This document shows positions 1 to 10,236 of a DNA stretch of 54,269 nt, one piece after another (within the stretch, counting starts at the first letter, position 1; the number at the start of each line of letters is the position of its first letter). A program made the position numbers and the translations under genes. The notes below the pieces were generated by a model. It worked only from the letters and a program-made list of their open reading frames with translations, was not told the origin of the DNA and searched no databases. Origin of the DNA: a virus (taxonomy: Duplodnaviria; Caudoviricetes); the IMG/VR virus record IMGVR_UViG_3300027804_000079, positions 1 through 54,269 of that record; one strand, given 5' to 3'.

Positions 1-44
1 AGCCTTACTTGCCGTTTGATCTCAGATCGTGTCATTGTTAGTAC

Positions 45-932
45 CTAGTATGTGCTGGCGTTGTCACGACCAAGTGTTACTCCGACACGTGATAGGTTAA
101 ACGCTGGCCCAGCAGTCTGAGCAGTCACGTAAACCAAACGCAAGCGGTAGTAGCTGCGACGTGTTGGTGTAATCTGTGCTGCTGCACGATGTCCACCAAT
201 AGCACCACCAAGAGCACGATACACAGCAATACCGGCGGTAGGAGTACCAGCCAATGTTACAGCAGTCGTGCCACCAGTCAACGTAATTGTAAACTGGTTA
301 GGCGCAGGTACTGCAAGAACTTGATACAAGCGCTTAGCAGTTGGTGCAGTTGAAAAACCAGTAACAACGTAGAACACTACGACGTCACCGGGCTTTAAGT
401 TATGAGCATTTACTGTGGTTACAGCATTACCAGCTACTGCAACAGCTGCAAGGTTAGCTGATGGAATAACCATAGGAACTGGGTTACCAATTGGTGCCCA
501 TGAAGATGCATCAACGGCTCCGAATCCGTTGTCAAAACCACCTTCAACGGTAAAGTAACCACCGTTTTCCATGTTGTTATCAGCAGCTGTAGCACTCAAT
601 ACCAAGTTCATATTGAACGTCATAAACATTTCTGCGTATGACGTACCACCTGGAAGTGCTGGGTCATTAGCGATGGCGCTAATTTCGTTACCTGCCAAGA
701 AGTTTGCTAGTGAGCCACCAGTGTCCATCTTACTGTTGCGGAATCCTTGGATGTTTTTAGCATCATAGATCTGACCAGTAGACGTACCAGCTGCAGCAAC
801 AAACAAGTTCTGTACAGTACCTGTGTTTGCTGCGTCACCAGTTGGTGTGTACGACGTATGGTTTAGTGCACCTGCCGTAGTACCACCAACAGAAGTGAAC
901 GTAAAGTTCGATAGTTTAAAATCTCTTGCCAT
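45..932 (-). CDS. Virion structural protein (capsid decoration/accessory)
   Basis: Directly downstream of the MCP; G/A/T-rich beta-type sequence; contains a 'TTVNAHNLKPGDVVVF...YQVLAVP..NQFTI' module typical of phage virion proteins. Confidence 0.6.
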   Translation of the reverse strand: MARDFKLSNFTFTSVGGTTAGALNHTSYTPTGDAANTGTVQNLFVAAAGTSTGQIYDAKNIQGFRNSKMDTGGSLANFLAGNEISAIANDPALPGGTSYAEMFMTFNMNLVLSATAADNNMENGGYFTVEGGFDNGFGAVDASSWAPIGNPVPMVIPSANLAAVAVAGNAVTTVNAHNLKPGDVVVFYVVTGFSTAPTAKRLYQVLAVPAPNQFTITLTGGTTAVTLAGTPTAGIAVYRALGGAIGGHRAAAQITPTRRSYYRLRLVYVTAQTAGPAFNLSRVGVTLGRDNASTY

Positions 933-941
933 AATTTACTC

Positions 942-2003
942 CTAATCTGTGACCTGGATATTCAGGCGACCAATGGCGCGAGTATGAGGAATCCACAAAC
1001 CTACGCCCCAGTCGAACAGGATGTTGTGCATAAAGCCGTTTTCCTGACTCAGACCAAGGTTCTTAGGCTTGAATGGCTCAGACTGCCAACCAGTGACATA
1101 GCCAGTACCATAGCGGACCGCAAAGATCGACGTAGCCTTACCAGCTGTAAGGCCAGGACCAGCAATTGTTTGCACATTACTGATGACAGGAGTCACACCG
1201 TCTGCCTTACGTCCAACAGTGCGAATCGTAGCACTCTTGAATTTCTCAACAGGTCGATCGTAGCTGTCTTGCGTAATATCAAAGCCAGCTCCAATTCCCA
1301 TCACGCGAATAGCCATTTCAAACTGACGCTTGGCAAGTTCTGAACAATAGAGGATGATTCCATCACCATCTGGGCTGTTCATGTTGTCAAACAGGGTCTG
1401 AACGTCAGCAACGAGGCGGTTAGCTGCCTGAACACCAAATGCTGCACCAGACGGCTTAGCAGTGGTACCAAAAAGGTTTGTCGCGGAGATGTCCTGCGAA
1501 GAGATGATCATTTCCGATGGAATATCGTAATCGCCGTTGTTGTTCAGACGATAAGCCAGACCAGGGAAACAGTCAGCGGAGTTGCCAGCAGCGGTTGACG
1601 TAGGATCGTTGTTAATGAACTTGTCATTAAAATCATACGCAAAGCCTTCAAGGAACATCTGAATCTGCGATTCAACTGGATCAACGATAGCATTTGGCTG
1701 CTCAAGAATACGGCGGTCAACCGTCAACTTGTTACGCAGAATGTAGAGCTGCTCTTCGTAAGACTTAGGCTTCGTCTTGAAGGTCTGTGGCTCAGTGTTG
1801 AGAGGAGTCCAGTTTGGGACTGGAATGTTCTCGTTCGTAAAGCGCATACCCGTCTGACGAAGGGATGGGTTGGTCGAAAGAGGAATGTCCTTGACGGCAT
1901 TCCACGTCTTATGCAGACTCTTTGTGATTTCCTTGACGAGAGGGTCGTTGGAAATCGCAGCGTAGTCTGCAAGTGTAAGGGCACCGTTAAAATCTACTGC
2001 CAT
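942..2003 (-). CDS. Major capsid protein (HK97 fold)
   Basis: 353 aa; follows portal and scaffold; N-terminal LTLADYA and C-terminal 'W.VGL......AIGRL.NI' pattern; AGGAG RBS. Confidence 0.85.
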   Translation of the reverse strand: MAVDFNGALTLADYAAISNDPLVKEITKSLHKTWNAVKDIPLSTNPSLRQTGMRFTNENIPVPNWTPLNTEPQTFKTKPKSYEEQLYILRNKLTVDRRILEQPNAIVDPVESQIQMFLEGFAYDFNDKFINNDPTSTAAGNSADCFPGLAYRLNNNGDYDIPSEMIISSQDISATNLFGTTAKPSGAAFGVQAANRLVADVQTLFDNMNSPDGDGIILYCSELAKRQFEMAIRVMGIGAGFDITQDSYDRPVEKFKSATIRTVGRKADGVTPVISNVQTIAGPGLTAGKATSIFAVRYGTGYVTGWQSEPFKPKNLGLSQENGFMHNILFDWGVGLWIPHTRAIGRLNIQVTD

Positions 2004-2013
2004 TTTTTATCAC

Positions 2014-2826
2014 CTACAGATTGTTTGGATTTCGAGTTATACCGAGAAGTTGCGAGAGCGTAGACATCGACCCTTGGCGTGGTGCCTGTGGTGCTCGACC
2101 AGCAGACTGTCCACCGCCCATAGGAGTTGGTGACTGTGCTTGCAACCGACCAGTCAACTCTGGGACTAGTTGTTGCGCAAGAGCTTTCACTTGATTGTGA
2201 ACAAACTCTGCAGCTTGTGTTGGTGCCAAGCCTTGTTGAATAAGACTTGTCACAAGTTCAGGTGCTCTGGATGCAAGCTTGTACTGCCCCATAGCTTCGT
2301 TCATTTCCTGTACAAGCATGTACTCTTGGATCTGTCCGAGCTGTCGTTCGTACCGTAGCTTTGTAATCTCAGCTTCTTGTTGTGCATATGCACTTTGAGA
2401 ATCTAGGATGTTTGCTGCTTGCAGGTTTTCATATCGCTGTCGAATTTCAGATTCTTCGGCTTCTTGTTGTTGTTGAAGCAGGGCTTGTTGAATATCGGCA
2501 GCGCTATTAAATCCTAGCTGCTTGAACTCATCAATGACACCCCGCCATGCTTCCAGCTCGCCACTCGTCTGTTCAGCTTGCTTGGCTCGTTCATTGACCT
2601 CGCGAAAGCGTTCGTAAGGCACTGCACCTGGAGTATCACCACCAAGTAAGTTTTCCAAAAACGAATCACTGTCCGTTTGCGTAGTTGCATCGACGTTTAA
2701 CGCCCTATCTGTCGTTGCTGCAGGAACGGCGTCCTCCTGCAGAAAACCAGCAAACGCTTCGCGCAACCCCGTGTCCGTCGCTCCCGCTGGTGAATCGGGA
2801 GTTGGCATCACCATCTCGTCAGACAT
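2014..2826 (-). CDS. Capsid scaffolding protein
   Basis: Between portal and MCP; acidic, Q/E-rich coiled coil; VPYERFREVN motif; P/G-rich linker before a short C-terminal helix. Confidence 0.75.
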   Translation of the reverse strand: MSDEMVMPTPDSPAGATDTGLREAFAGFLQEDAVPAATTDRALNVDATTQTDSDSFLENLLGGDTPGAVPYERFREVNERAKQAEQTSGELEAWRGVIDEFKQLGFNSAADIQQALLQQQQEAEESEIRQRYENLQAANILDSQSAYAQQEAEITKLRYERQLGQIQEYMLVQEMNEAMGQYKLASRAPELVTSLIQQGLAPTQAAEFVHNQVKALAQQLVPELTGRLQAQSPTPMGGGQSAGRAPQAPRQGSMSTLSQLLGITRNPNNL

Positions 2827-2867
2827 CTAGTTATCCTCAATCTACCACATGTTTTATTTATACGTCA

Positions 2868-5036
2868 TCAAGCCTGTGGCTGAGCTTGTTGATTTTGTTG
2901 CGGATTCATCTGTTGCATCATCATTTGTTGACGCATATCCGCAAGTTTTTGACCTGCGTAGTCATCTTGCTTTGCTTGACTTTGAGCATCAATCTTTGCT
3001 TCTTGCTCTCGTATACGCATCTCAGATTTTATTTGCTCTGCTTCTGGATCAAATGCTGCTTGCTTAGGAGCTGATTGCATTTCCATTTGCTGTTGCTGCA
3101 TTTCCATCATCATCTGCTGCTGTTCTTGCTGCTTTTGTTGCTGGTTAGCCAAATGCTCCAAAATAGTTCCAGTTTCTGGCAGTTGTAACATACGTACTAC
3201 AAGTGCATTGGTCTCTGGATCAGCAGGATCACCAAATAAACCCATCTGTCGCAAGACTGATATCTTTTGAATCTTTTGATCAGGACTATCCTCTTGCGTA
3301 CTACCAGGCACATAAACAACACGGAATTGCCCACCATCGCGGATGGCGTCAAATGTGATTACACCTTGCTGTGTTGACTCTCTCGGATTCATCTGATCGT
3401 CTACTGATCCAATGAATGGAGCTGCAGCAAACTGCTCTACAAGTGCAATTTCCCACTCTTTGATTTTAGCTGCACTAATTTCAATATCTGCGCGTATGTA
3501 CGAATGCTGTGTGTTGTCTGCTCTCTGCAATAAGCGCACTGACTCAGCTGGTGTGCCAGCTTGTGCCATGCCTTGACTTACGTCATGCAAACCAGCTATG
3601 TCTGCCATGTCCTTTTCCATCAACTGAAGAAATGGAAACAGGTCTGCGCTAATTCCTGGCGCTCGCATAATCTGCGGAGGATGCGTACCAGTGTCGTGAT
3701 ATATCTTGCGATAAATTCTATTCTTGTCGTTAATGTCGTCGCCTGTCACATTAAATGCATCAGCACCGATACGAGCACGTCGTTCTACGACAATGTAGTC
3801 TTTCTGTTTTTCCATCTGCTCTACAGCACGGCTATAAACACGGTTGTAGGTTAACTGCAGGTGTGTAAGGTCAAAACCTAGACTGTGACCGTATGGCGTG
3901 CCTGATCGTGGCTGCCAACGTAACGGAATAAATGGAAATTCATCTCGCTTGTTGTATGGCCATATACCAGCATAAAGAAGCTGGTCATCCGATGTAACTA
4001 TGTATCGGCCTTTAGGATACTGGGCAGTTGGCTTTTCCCAATACTCATAAACGACTGCAGCCATCCTGCGATGGTCTGCTGCGTTGAGCCTAGCAGATGT
4101 AGGTTGTGTCCACGCCTGCCCTGCACCATTGGCGCCTTCAAGATACGCGTCTACGTACCCAGCTGATTGACCAGTAAGGGCATTAGCTTTAACCTTCTTG
4201 CCAGCTTCACCGTAGTTATCTACAAACCAACCAAGAGGCTTAATGCTTGCATGTATCATCCAACGGATTTGCCTGTCGGTCTGTGCATGTGGATCAATAT
4301 ATACATTGAAGCAAGGAATGATTTCTTCCTCAACGTCACCTATTGGTAGCTTCTCGTATCCAGTCACTTGCCCGTTAATATCAAAGTAGGGCATTACTTG
4401 CTCGGACTTGGCGTTCCAATAAACCTTTAAAAATGACGTACCAGTAACACACGCCCAACGTACACGCTCTTTAAGCTGTGTCTCACGATTAAACTTGCGA
4501 GTAAAGTGTCCGGCAATGTAATTAGCTTCGTCCGCTGCTGCTTGATCTTGATCAGTGTATGCAAGAGGTACAGCACGTGCATCTGGTCCAACTTGCGTTA
4601 ACTTGCCAACGACACCATCAATCAATGGTCTCATTTTATTGATCGTTATGTATCTGTTTGGTTCTTTATCATCTTGTAGCGACGCTAGATTTCGCGCTGC
4701 CGAATTGATCCTGTACCACTGACGTCCTTCAAAAAACGCCAATGCTTGCATCCATTCAAGTTCCATTTCATATCGAGTTCTATATGATGCATCAAATTGT
4801 TCCTTGACGAACTTAGTTACGTTTTTGGCTTCTTCACCGTCTTCTTCAGGACTTACTTTCCAATCGTTTTTCTCGTGGTCTATGCCTAGCTTCTTGTTAT
4901 CATTTAGCAATAAGCTTTCAACATCAAAACTACCAAGAGTACCTCTGTTGTCAGGGGTTTGCATTGCCGTGACTTTAGGTTGTTGTGCGCCCAGCCCACC
5001 ACCGAGTAATTGTCCAAGTATGTCCTGTATTGCCAT
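2868..5036 (-). CDS. Portal protein (P22-like, Q-rich C-terminus)
   Basis: 722 aa directly after TerL; 'FFEGRQW', 'INKMRPLI' and 'FPFIP' patterns of podovirus portals. Confidence 0.85.
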   Translation of the reverse strand: MAIQDILGQLLGGGLGAQQPKVTAMQTPDNRGTLGSFDVESLLLNDNKKLGIDHEKNDWKVSPEEDGEEAKNVTKFVKEQFDASYRTRYEMELEWMQALAFFEGRQWYRINSAARNLASLQDDKEPNRYITINKMRPLIDGVVGKLTQVGPDARAVPLAYTDQDQAAADEANYIAGHFTRKFNRETQLKERVRWACVTGTSFLKVYWNAKSEQVMPYFDINGQVTGYEKLPIGDVEEEIIPCFNVYIDPHAQTDRQIRWMIHASIKPLGWFVDNYGEAGKKVKANALTGQSAGYVDAYLEGANGAGQAWTQPTSARLNAADHRRMAAVVYEYWEKPTAQYPKGRYIVTSDDQLLYAGIWPYNKRDEFPFIPLRWQPRSGTPYGHSLGFDLTHLQLTYNRVYSRAVEQMEKQKDYIVVERRARIGADAFNVTGDDINDKNRIYRKIYHDTGTHPPQIMRAPGISADLFPFLQLMEKDMADIAGLHDVSQGMAQAGTPAESVRLLQRADNTQHSYIRADIEISAAKIKEWEIALVEQFAAAPFIGSVDDQMNPRESTQQGVITFDAIRDGGQFRVVYVPGSTQEDSPDQKIQKISVLRQMGLFGDPADPETNALVVRMLQLPETGTILEHLANQQQKQQEQQQMMMEMQQQQMEMQSAPKQAAFDPEAEQIKSEMRIREQEAKIDAQSQAKQDDYAGQKLADMRQQMMMQQMNPQQNQQAQPQA

Positions 5037-5175
5037 CAGAGGTACCTATCTTCCTGGCTAAGAGTCCTCATCATCCAAGGATTGCCAACAAGTCGTTTCA
5101 ACGTCAAGTATACGCTAACACACGCATATGCAATAACAATGCAAAACACTGCTATAGCCCCTAGAAAGACATTTG

Positions 5176-6909
5176 TCATAGGTAATCCTCGGAAGCAGGT
5201 GGCTTCAACCACGTTGGTGCATACTTCATCTTTGCAACAACCTCTTCACACTTGGCTGGATACTCACGCCACATAACACCATAACGGAATGAGTCAAGAG
5301 CGTGATCGCTCTTTGTGCCATTGTCGAGTTCTTCTGGGTCACGTGGGTCTGCCATTGCTGCTTCCAGCTCGCGTATCAGGTTAGGACAACCGTTACGCAA
5401 TATGCGTAACCTAGGGATAACTGATCCTTCGTGCATACGAGATGACGCTAACCACTCTTTCACGCGTCGCCAACCAGCTTTGCGATCTTTCACGGCACGT
5501 ACCGCTGGCATGCCTTTTTTCCACCAGATCTCTACTGGGTATTCACCAATTCGTTGCGCTGGGTTTTCAGGCGGAAAGGTGTTACCCCAGTCAAAAGCAA
5601 TCGCCTCTAACTTCGTTTGCCATGATTCATTACGCTTTGCTGAATCAAGTGGTTCTGCCAATTTCATTGACTCTAGCAATTCCAACGCTGCATCTGCCTG
5701 TTGACTAGAGACCATACCGTTTTTGTAGATCTCAGCTAATGCATAAACGTTTTCTTGATCGTCACTAGCATAGATCATAAATGAACACGGCGAGTTTGTA
5801 CCAAAGTCATGTGATGCCCAGAAACGCCACCAAGGCTTTACGTCAATAGTGTCAACTACGTGCCAAGGCTGCCCCTTTTCATCATGTTGTTTAAACTCTG
5901 GGAAGAATCGACCTCCGACACCAACGTCATGCTGGCATTCACGCAAGAACGATATAAGTCCGTAGTCGTCGATCTCACGTTGGCAAACCTCCAAGTTTTT
6001 ATGTGCCCAACTTGGCGTCCCACCAGTTATCTTATAACCCATGCGTCCGTCGTCTTTTTCGACAGGCTCGTACCGCAAGTCAATAATAGCTGGAACAATT
6101 GGTGACTGGATTCTGTTTTGCAACATATCAAGTTCACCACTTAGCACCTGTGCCATCACAGAGTTTGCGTGAATCTTGTTCTGCACAAACGCGATCGCGC
6201 AGTCATTAGACTTTGCTGGCAAAATAGTTTGCGTTATAGTAGCAATTTTTTTATCAACTCTATTAACACTGTCATCCAACTCGTCGATGTCGTCGAGGAT
6301 GATGAAGTCAGGGCGTAGGTGGTCCAGCTTAACGCCACGAGCACCAGTATCAAGACCAAAAGCCAATACGTTAAAGCCGTTAGCAGTGCGTAACTTACTA
6401 GCATTCCAACCTTTGCTAAATCCATAACGGTTCATAGCCCTTTCGATGCCACACCGTTCCATTGTTGTTGCGATATCGGATACGTGACGGTCAGCTGCTT
6501 CTTGCGTCGCGCACACGTAGACAAGAAACCGCCTAGACCCCTTAACGGCGATTCTAGACGTTATAAGTTCCATTGTGGTACTTTTACCGCCACCGCGAAA
6601 CCAGCACTCAATTAGAGCACGTGGGGGCTTACCTGGCTCAATTGATTCAGCCCACTCCCATGCTCGTTGGTGATGTGCTCCTAATTCGGAAGATGCAGCG
6701 TGTGGAGCATATGTACGCAGCCACTTTTGATAATCTAGTTCAGCTCCGCTAATTTGATATGCCCTCCCTGAGTTGTAGTCCCCAGTGTCTATAACTTCTT
6801 TTAATCGCGCATCCATAGCTTCAAGCAACGCATGCGAAAGTGGTTTATCTGGACGCGTGAATTGCTTAAACCTACGCGGTGTTAGTTTGTCGTGATCACG
6901 CTGATTCAT
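5176..6909 (-). CDS. terL: Terminase large subunit
   Basis: Walker A RGGGKST, Walker B FIILDD, C-terminal RNase H-like motifs (SHDFG ... DHALDSFRY). Confidence 0.92.
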   Translation of the reverse strand: MNQRDHDKLTPRRFKQFTRPDKPLSHALLEAMDARLKEVIDTGDYNSGRAYQISGAELDYQKWLRTYAPHAASSELGAHHQRAWEWAESIEPGKPPRALIECWFRGGGKSTTMELITSRIAVKGSRRFLVYVCATQEAADRHVSDIATTMERCGIERAMNRYGFSKGWNASKLRTANGFNVLAFGLDTGARGVKLDHLRPDFIILDDIDELDDSVNRVDKKIATITQTILPAKSNDCAIAFVQNKIHANSVMAQVLSGELDMLQNRIQSPIVPAIIDLRYEPVEKDDGRMGYKITGGTPSWAHKNLEVCQREIDDYGLISFLRECQHDVGVGGRFFPEFKQHDEKGQPWHVVDTIDVKPWWRFWASHDFGTNSPCSFMIYASDDQENVYALAEIYKNGMVSSQQADAALELLESMKLAEPLDSAKRNESWQTKLEAIAFDWGNTFPPENPAQRIGEYPVEIWWKKGMPAVRAVKDRKAGWRRVKEWLASSRMHEGSVIPRLRILRNGCPNLIRELEAAMADPRDPEELDNGTKSDHALDSFRYGVMWREYPAKCEEVVAKMKYAPTWLKPPASEDYL

Positions 6910-7654
6910 CTACAATCTCCGCATCTATAACGTCGTCTGTCTCATCGCCTTTATAAACTTTAAGCAGTTTCTGCACACCTGTGCGTATAGCAATTAATTC
7001 GTCGCCATTACGCACGTTGTCTTTAACTATCTCTAACACTTGCATTGCCAGAGAGAATGCTTGATCGACTTCTAGTGTATACGCCTTAGCATGCATCATT
7101 CGCTGTTCGGCTTCAACTATTTCTACACGTCTGTCAATTAACTCCATGACGTCACGAGACGCTGCGAACATATCCAATGTCTCGTTCAATACGTCGCCAA
7201 TTTGCTCAAATGAGTCAATAAAGTCACTTGATCCTAACTTGCTGTGCGCGAGCTGATATGCTGCCTGTACTTTTTTGTACTGCTCAATCCCGACGCCATC
7301 TCCTGCTGCTTCGGCGCGTTTATCCATAATAGCCGTGATGAATGCAGCATCATCTTTAAGGCTAAATAAATCTGGATCATTACGCAACTCATTGATTTGA
7401 TCTAGTAGTTGCTGACCAACTTTACTGAATCGTTTGTATCCAGTTGAGTTCAATCCGGTAATGAAATTTGGATGCGCAGGGCCAATAAGCGTTTTCCCGC
7501 CATGGAATCTACAATAGTTGCGCCCAGACAATGCAATGTTATTGCATGGTCGCTCACCTTCGGCATTGTACGTACTCGTGCCGTGGCAGAGCTTTACTTT
7601 CTTGCCATTGCTTACTCGATATCGTTCGCCATCAATATGCACAATCTCAGACAT
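6896..7654 (-). CDS. Probable terminase small subunit
   Basis: Overlaps the start of terL; N-terminal C..C..CRFHGG (HGGxSTG-like) motif followed by a helical region. Confidence 0.65.
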   Translation of the reverse strand: MSEIVHIDGERYRVSNGKKVKLCHGTSTYNAEGERPCNNIALSGRNYCRFHGGKTLIGPAHPNFITGLNSTGYKRFSKVGQQLLDQINELRNDPDLFSLKDDAAFITAIMDKRAEAAGDGVGIEQYKKVQAAYQLAHSKLGSSDFIDSFEQIGDVLNETLDMFAASRDVMELIDRRVEIVEAEQRMMHAKAYTLEVDQAFSLAMQVLEIVKDNVRNGDELIAIRTGVQKLLKVYKGDETDDVIDAEIVDESA

Positions 7655-7671
7655 ATGTGCATAATACCAAC

Positions 7672-8199
7672 TTACCTGCTAGGTTGTTTCAGTTGCAGGT
7701 TGTTCATGACGTAATTACCTTTTTTTGGTGTACGTACACCTGCTCCACGTAGAAAATCACCCGGATTGTATGCCAGCCCCGATTTACGTATAGCTTGCCA
7801 ATCATTTGCTACATCTTTTGTCGTACCGCCAGCTGCTCGCCTTTTCTTTGCTACTTCCATCAGTGCGTTTAGCCTGTCGGTAGCAATCTGTTGCAAAGAT
7901 TCCCAATCTTTATCTTGTCTCGACGTAGCAGGTACTGGCGTTGAACGCATACCCATAAATGGATCGTATCCAGTTCCTGGAAACTGAAATTGTGGTTGAG
8001 CACCCATCTGGCCCCTGTCTACTGGTAGAGCAATATGGCCTGGGTTCTTTGCATAGTATTCCTCTAAATACGGGGCAGCCTCTAAGGCAGCTTCTGCAGC
8101 CCATCCATATGGGCCACCACCTCGAAGCGCAAGCTTAGCCAAGCCACTGGTCGGCCCTTTAAGAAGGAGTTTCAGCAACGCCCTTTCAGCTGGATTCAC
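7672..8199 (-). CDS. Hypothetical protein
   Basis: 175-aa ORF translationally coupled to the upstream gene. Confidence 0.6.
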   Translation of the reverse strand: MNPAERALLKLLLKGPTSGLAKLALRGGGPYGWAAEAALEAAPYLEEYYAKNPGHIALPVDRGQMGAQPQFQFPGTGYDPFMGMRSTPVPATSRQDKDWESLQQIATDRLNALMEVAKKRRAAGGTTKDVANDWQAIRKSGLAYNPGDFLRGAGVRTPKKGNYVMNNLQLKQPSR

Positions 8200-9239
8200 T
8201 AATTAATCCTACCAACATTACGTCGTGCATATTCTTCAAATTGTTTACCTAGCGGTACACTCTGGTTAATTATATGTTGACGCAACCATTTAGCGTCTTT
8301 ACCTTCACGGTTTGCGTATTTCAATCCGCTTTCATAAAGGTCGTCAAACTTTGCTTGCACTTCTGCATCGCTTGCACCAGTTTCCGTAGTGCTTCTGGTT
8401 TGTACTGGCTTACCAGTACCTGGCTTAGTCGACGTGTTAGGTTTGCCCAAGATCCTGCTGGCATTGAATTCTCCAGCTAGTTCTGCCAGTTTTGGATATG
8501 CAATTAATCCACCAGACACTAAGGCTTGACGAACCAAAGCTCCTTTGACACTACGTGGCTTTACAGAATCACCGGCACCTTTGAACAAAGGCTTGTTTGC
8601 CTTATTGATGATTCTTTGTGCAAGTCCTGGTTGCGCCTGGTCTTTTAGCTGTGCTGCAGCTGATCGCAACTGAAACTGGTTTTTAATATCCCTCGGCCTT
8701 GGTAATTCCTTAACAGCAGCCTTTACATCTTTGCCAGTAACATTTGACTTTGGTTTTGCCGGTTCGGATGCTGGTGCACCACCACGTGGCGCACGTGAAC
8801 CGCTAGTTAGACCAAGGTTTGTTGCAGCTGTTCGGACACCTTCTGGCAATCGCGGACGTATCTTGGCAAAGTCTCGGACAGCACCACCTGATTCACGTAG
8901 GTCTGCCTTGCGACCAGCAAGGTTGATAACCGCTTGCTTACGCATAGGTTTTAGCCGAGCAGCATCAGTGCGCAATGCGTCAGATGTGCGCTGCGCTCTT
9001 TCTGGATTAAAAATGCTTTGTTTACGACCTGTGGCAGGGTCATACTTTGGATCAAGCAATACGCCTTTGTTCCTAAAAGGATCAAATTTAACGTCTGTTG
9101 AACGCAGGTCTTTTATGACCTTACCGCCAACATATTGATCACGGATTGCTTTACCCATAATCCCACCACCAATGGCAAGACCTGCGCCTTGTATTAGCTT
9201 TTGTGGGATACGTGCATCTTCTTCTTTTTTCTCGGCCAT
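8199..9239 (-). CDS. Basic K/R/A-rich hypothetical protein (possible internal head protein)
   Basis: 346-aa ORF in the late-strand run. Confidence 0.6.
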   Translation of the reverse strand: MAEKKEEDARIPQKLIQGAGLAIGGGIMGKAIRDQYVGGKVIKDLRSTDVKFDPFRNKGVLLDPKYDPATGRKQSIFNPERAQRTSDALRTDAARLKPMRKQAVINLAGRKADLRESGGAVRDFAKIRPRLPEGVRTAATNLGLTSGSRAPRGGAPASEPAKPKSNVTGKDVKAAVKELPRPRDIKNQFQLRSAAAQLKDQAQPGLAQRIINKANKPLFKGAGDSVKPRSVKGALVRQALVSGGLIAYPKLAELAGEFNASRILGKPNTSTKPGTGKPVQTRSTTETGASDAEVQAKFDDLYESGLKYANREGKDAKWLRQHIINQSVPLGKQFEEYARRNVGRIN

Positions 9240-9247
9240 TTCTACAC

Positions 9248-9436
9248 CTATTGCGCGTTACGGTATGGCGACATACGAGCTGCTGGATTCATCATGTTAT
9301 TGATGGATCTGCCTTGCCCCGTCATAACACGAGCTTTATTGATAACACGCTGACCTTGCATTAGTTTCTTCGGAGGGAGAACTACTTGCAGGTCTTCCTT
9401 AGAAGGAACTTGCTTACCTTTAACAGCCTTTTCCAC
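9248..9436 (-). CDS. Small basic hypothetical protein
   Basis: 62-aa ORF, GTG start, fills the gap in the operon. Confidence 0.45.
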   Translation of the reverse strand: MEKAVKGKQVPSKEDLQVVLPPKKLMQGQRVINKARVMTGQGRSINNMMNPAARMSPYRNAQ

Positions 9437-9590
9437 TCTTCATCCCCATTTTCTTTGGCATTGTCTTTTTGCCTTTTGTCGTCATCTTGGCTTTGGATTC
9501 TTCCTTTTTCTCCATCCCCATAAGCTGACGCATGGACTTAGCACCATGCATAGACATCTCACCCTTTGGATACGGCATTCCCTGTGGCAT
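9420..9590 (-). CDS. Small K/M-rich protein, 56 aa (not in ORF track)
   Basis: Translated by hand: MPQGMPYPKGEMSMHGAKSMRQLMGMEKKEESKAKMTTKGKKTMPKKMGMKSGKGC; AAGGAG RBS upstream. Confidence 0.6.
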   Translation of the reverse strand: MPQGMPYPKGEMSMHGAKSMRQLMGMEKKEESKAKMTTKGKKTMPKKMGMKSGKGC

Positions 9591-9591
9591 A

Positions 9592-9816
9592 TCAATACTC
9601 CTTATCGATTACAATTTTCCCACCGCGAACGTGTTCTTTACGTTCGATTCCCAACAGCTCAGACATTGTAGGCTTTTTCTTAAGCTTGTGTTCTTTCATC
9701 TCTTCGGCCATAAGATTCTTCTTATTAATCTTCTTGCCGTGCTCAATTGTTTCAATTTCGTACAGGTTCTTTTTGACACTTAGGTGATTGATGTGTTTGT
9801 TAATTTGATTTATCAC
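9592..9816 (-). CDS. Small basic protein with three ExxEH repeats
   Basis: ETIEH, EMKEH and ERKEH repeats in 74 aa. Confidence 0.6.
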   Translation of the reverse strand: MINQINKHINHLSVKKNLYEIETIEHGKKINKKNLMAEEMKEHKLKKKPTMSELLGIERKEHVRGGKIVIDKEY

Positions 9817-9896
9817 TTTGCAACCCCACGTGTTATACTTACTTGCTAGTCGTGTACCTGCACGTATTAGTGGATTGTACTACAGGAGGATGTCGT

Positions 9897-10208
9897 ATGG
9901 AAGAACAAGACCGCGAAGGTATGTTTTTCGATGGTTATACGTGGCGTCGCCATGATGAAGCACAGGACACAACTAGTCAAGAAGCGTCTAACAGTCAACT
10001 TGATTACGAGTTGAGTCCACGTGAATTAGAGATCTTGAAGTCTATGGCATCTAAAATGACCGCTAAGCAGATTGCTACTGGGCTTGGCGTTAGCCACAGG
10101 ACAGTACAGTTTCATCAAGACTCGCTGTACTGGAAGCTCGGATGCAGTGGAATGAAAGCACGCGACCAGGCTGTGGCAAAAGGTCGCAAACTTGGCATTA
10201 TAAAATAG
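9897..10208 (+). CDS. LuxR/NarL-type HTH regulator (no receiver domain)
   Basis: LSPRELEIL...KQIATGLGVSHRTVQFH...KLG motif; AGGAGG RBS before ATG 9897; TG-T-TATACT extended -10 at about 9831-9839. Confidence 0.85.
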   Translation: MEEQDREGMFFDGYTWRRHDEAQDTTSQEASNSQLDYELSPRELEILKSMASKMTAKQIATGLGVSHRTVQFHQDSLYWKLGCSGMKARDQAVAKGRKLGIIK

Positions 10209-10236
10209 TAGTACAATGTCACAAAGGAGTGACATC

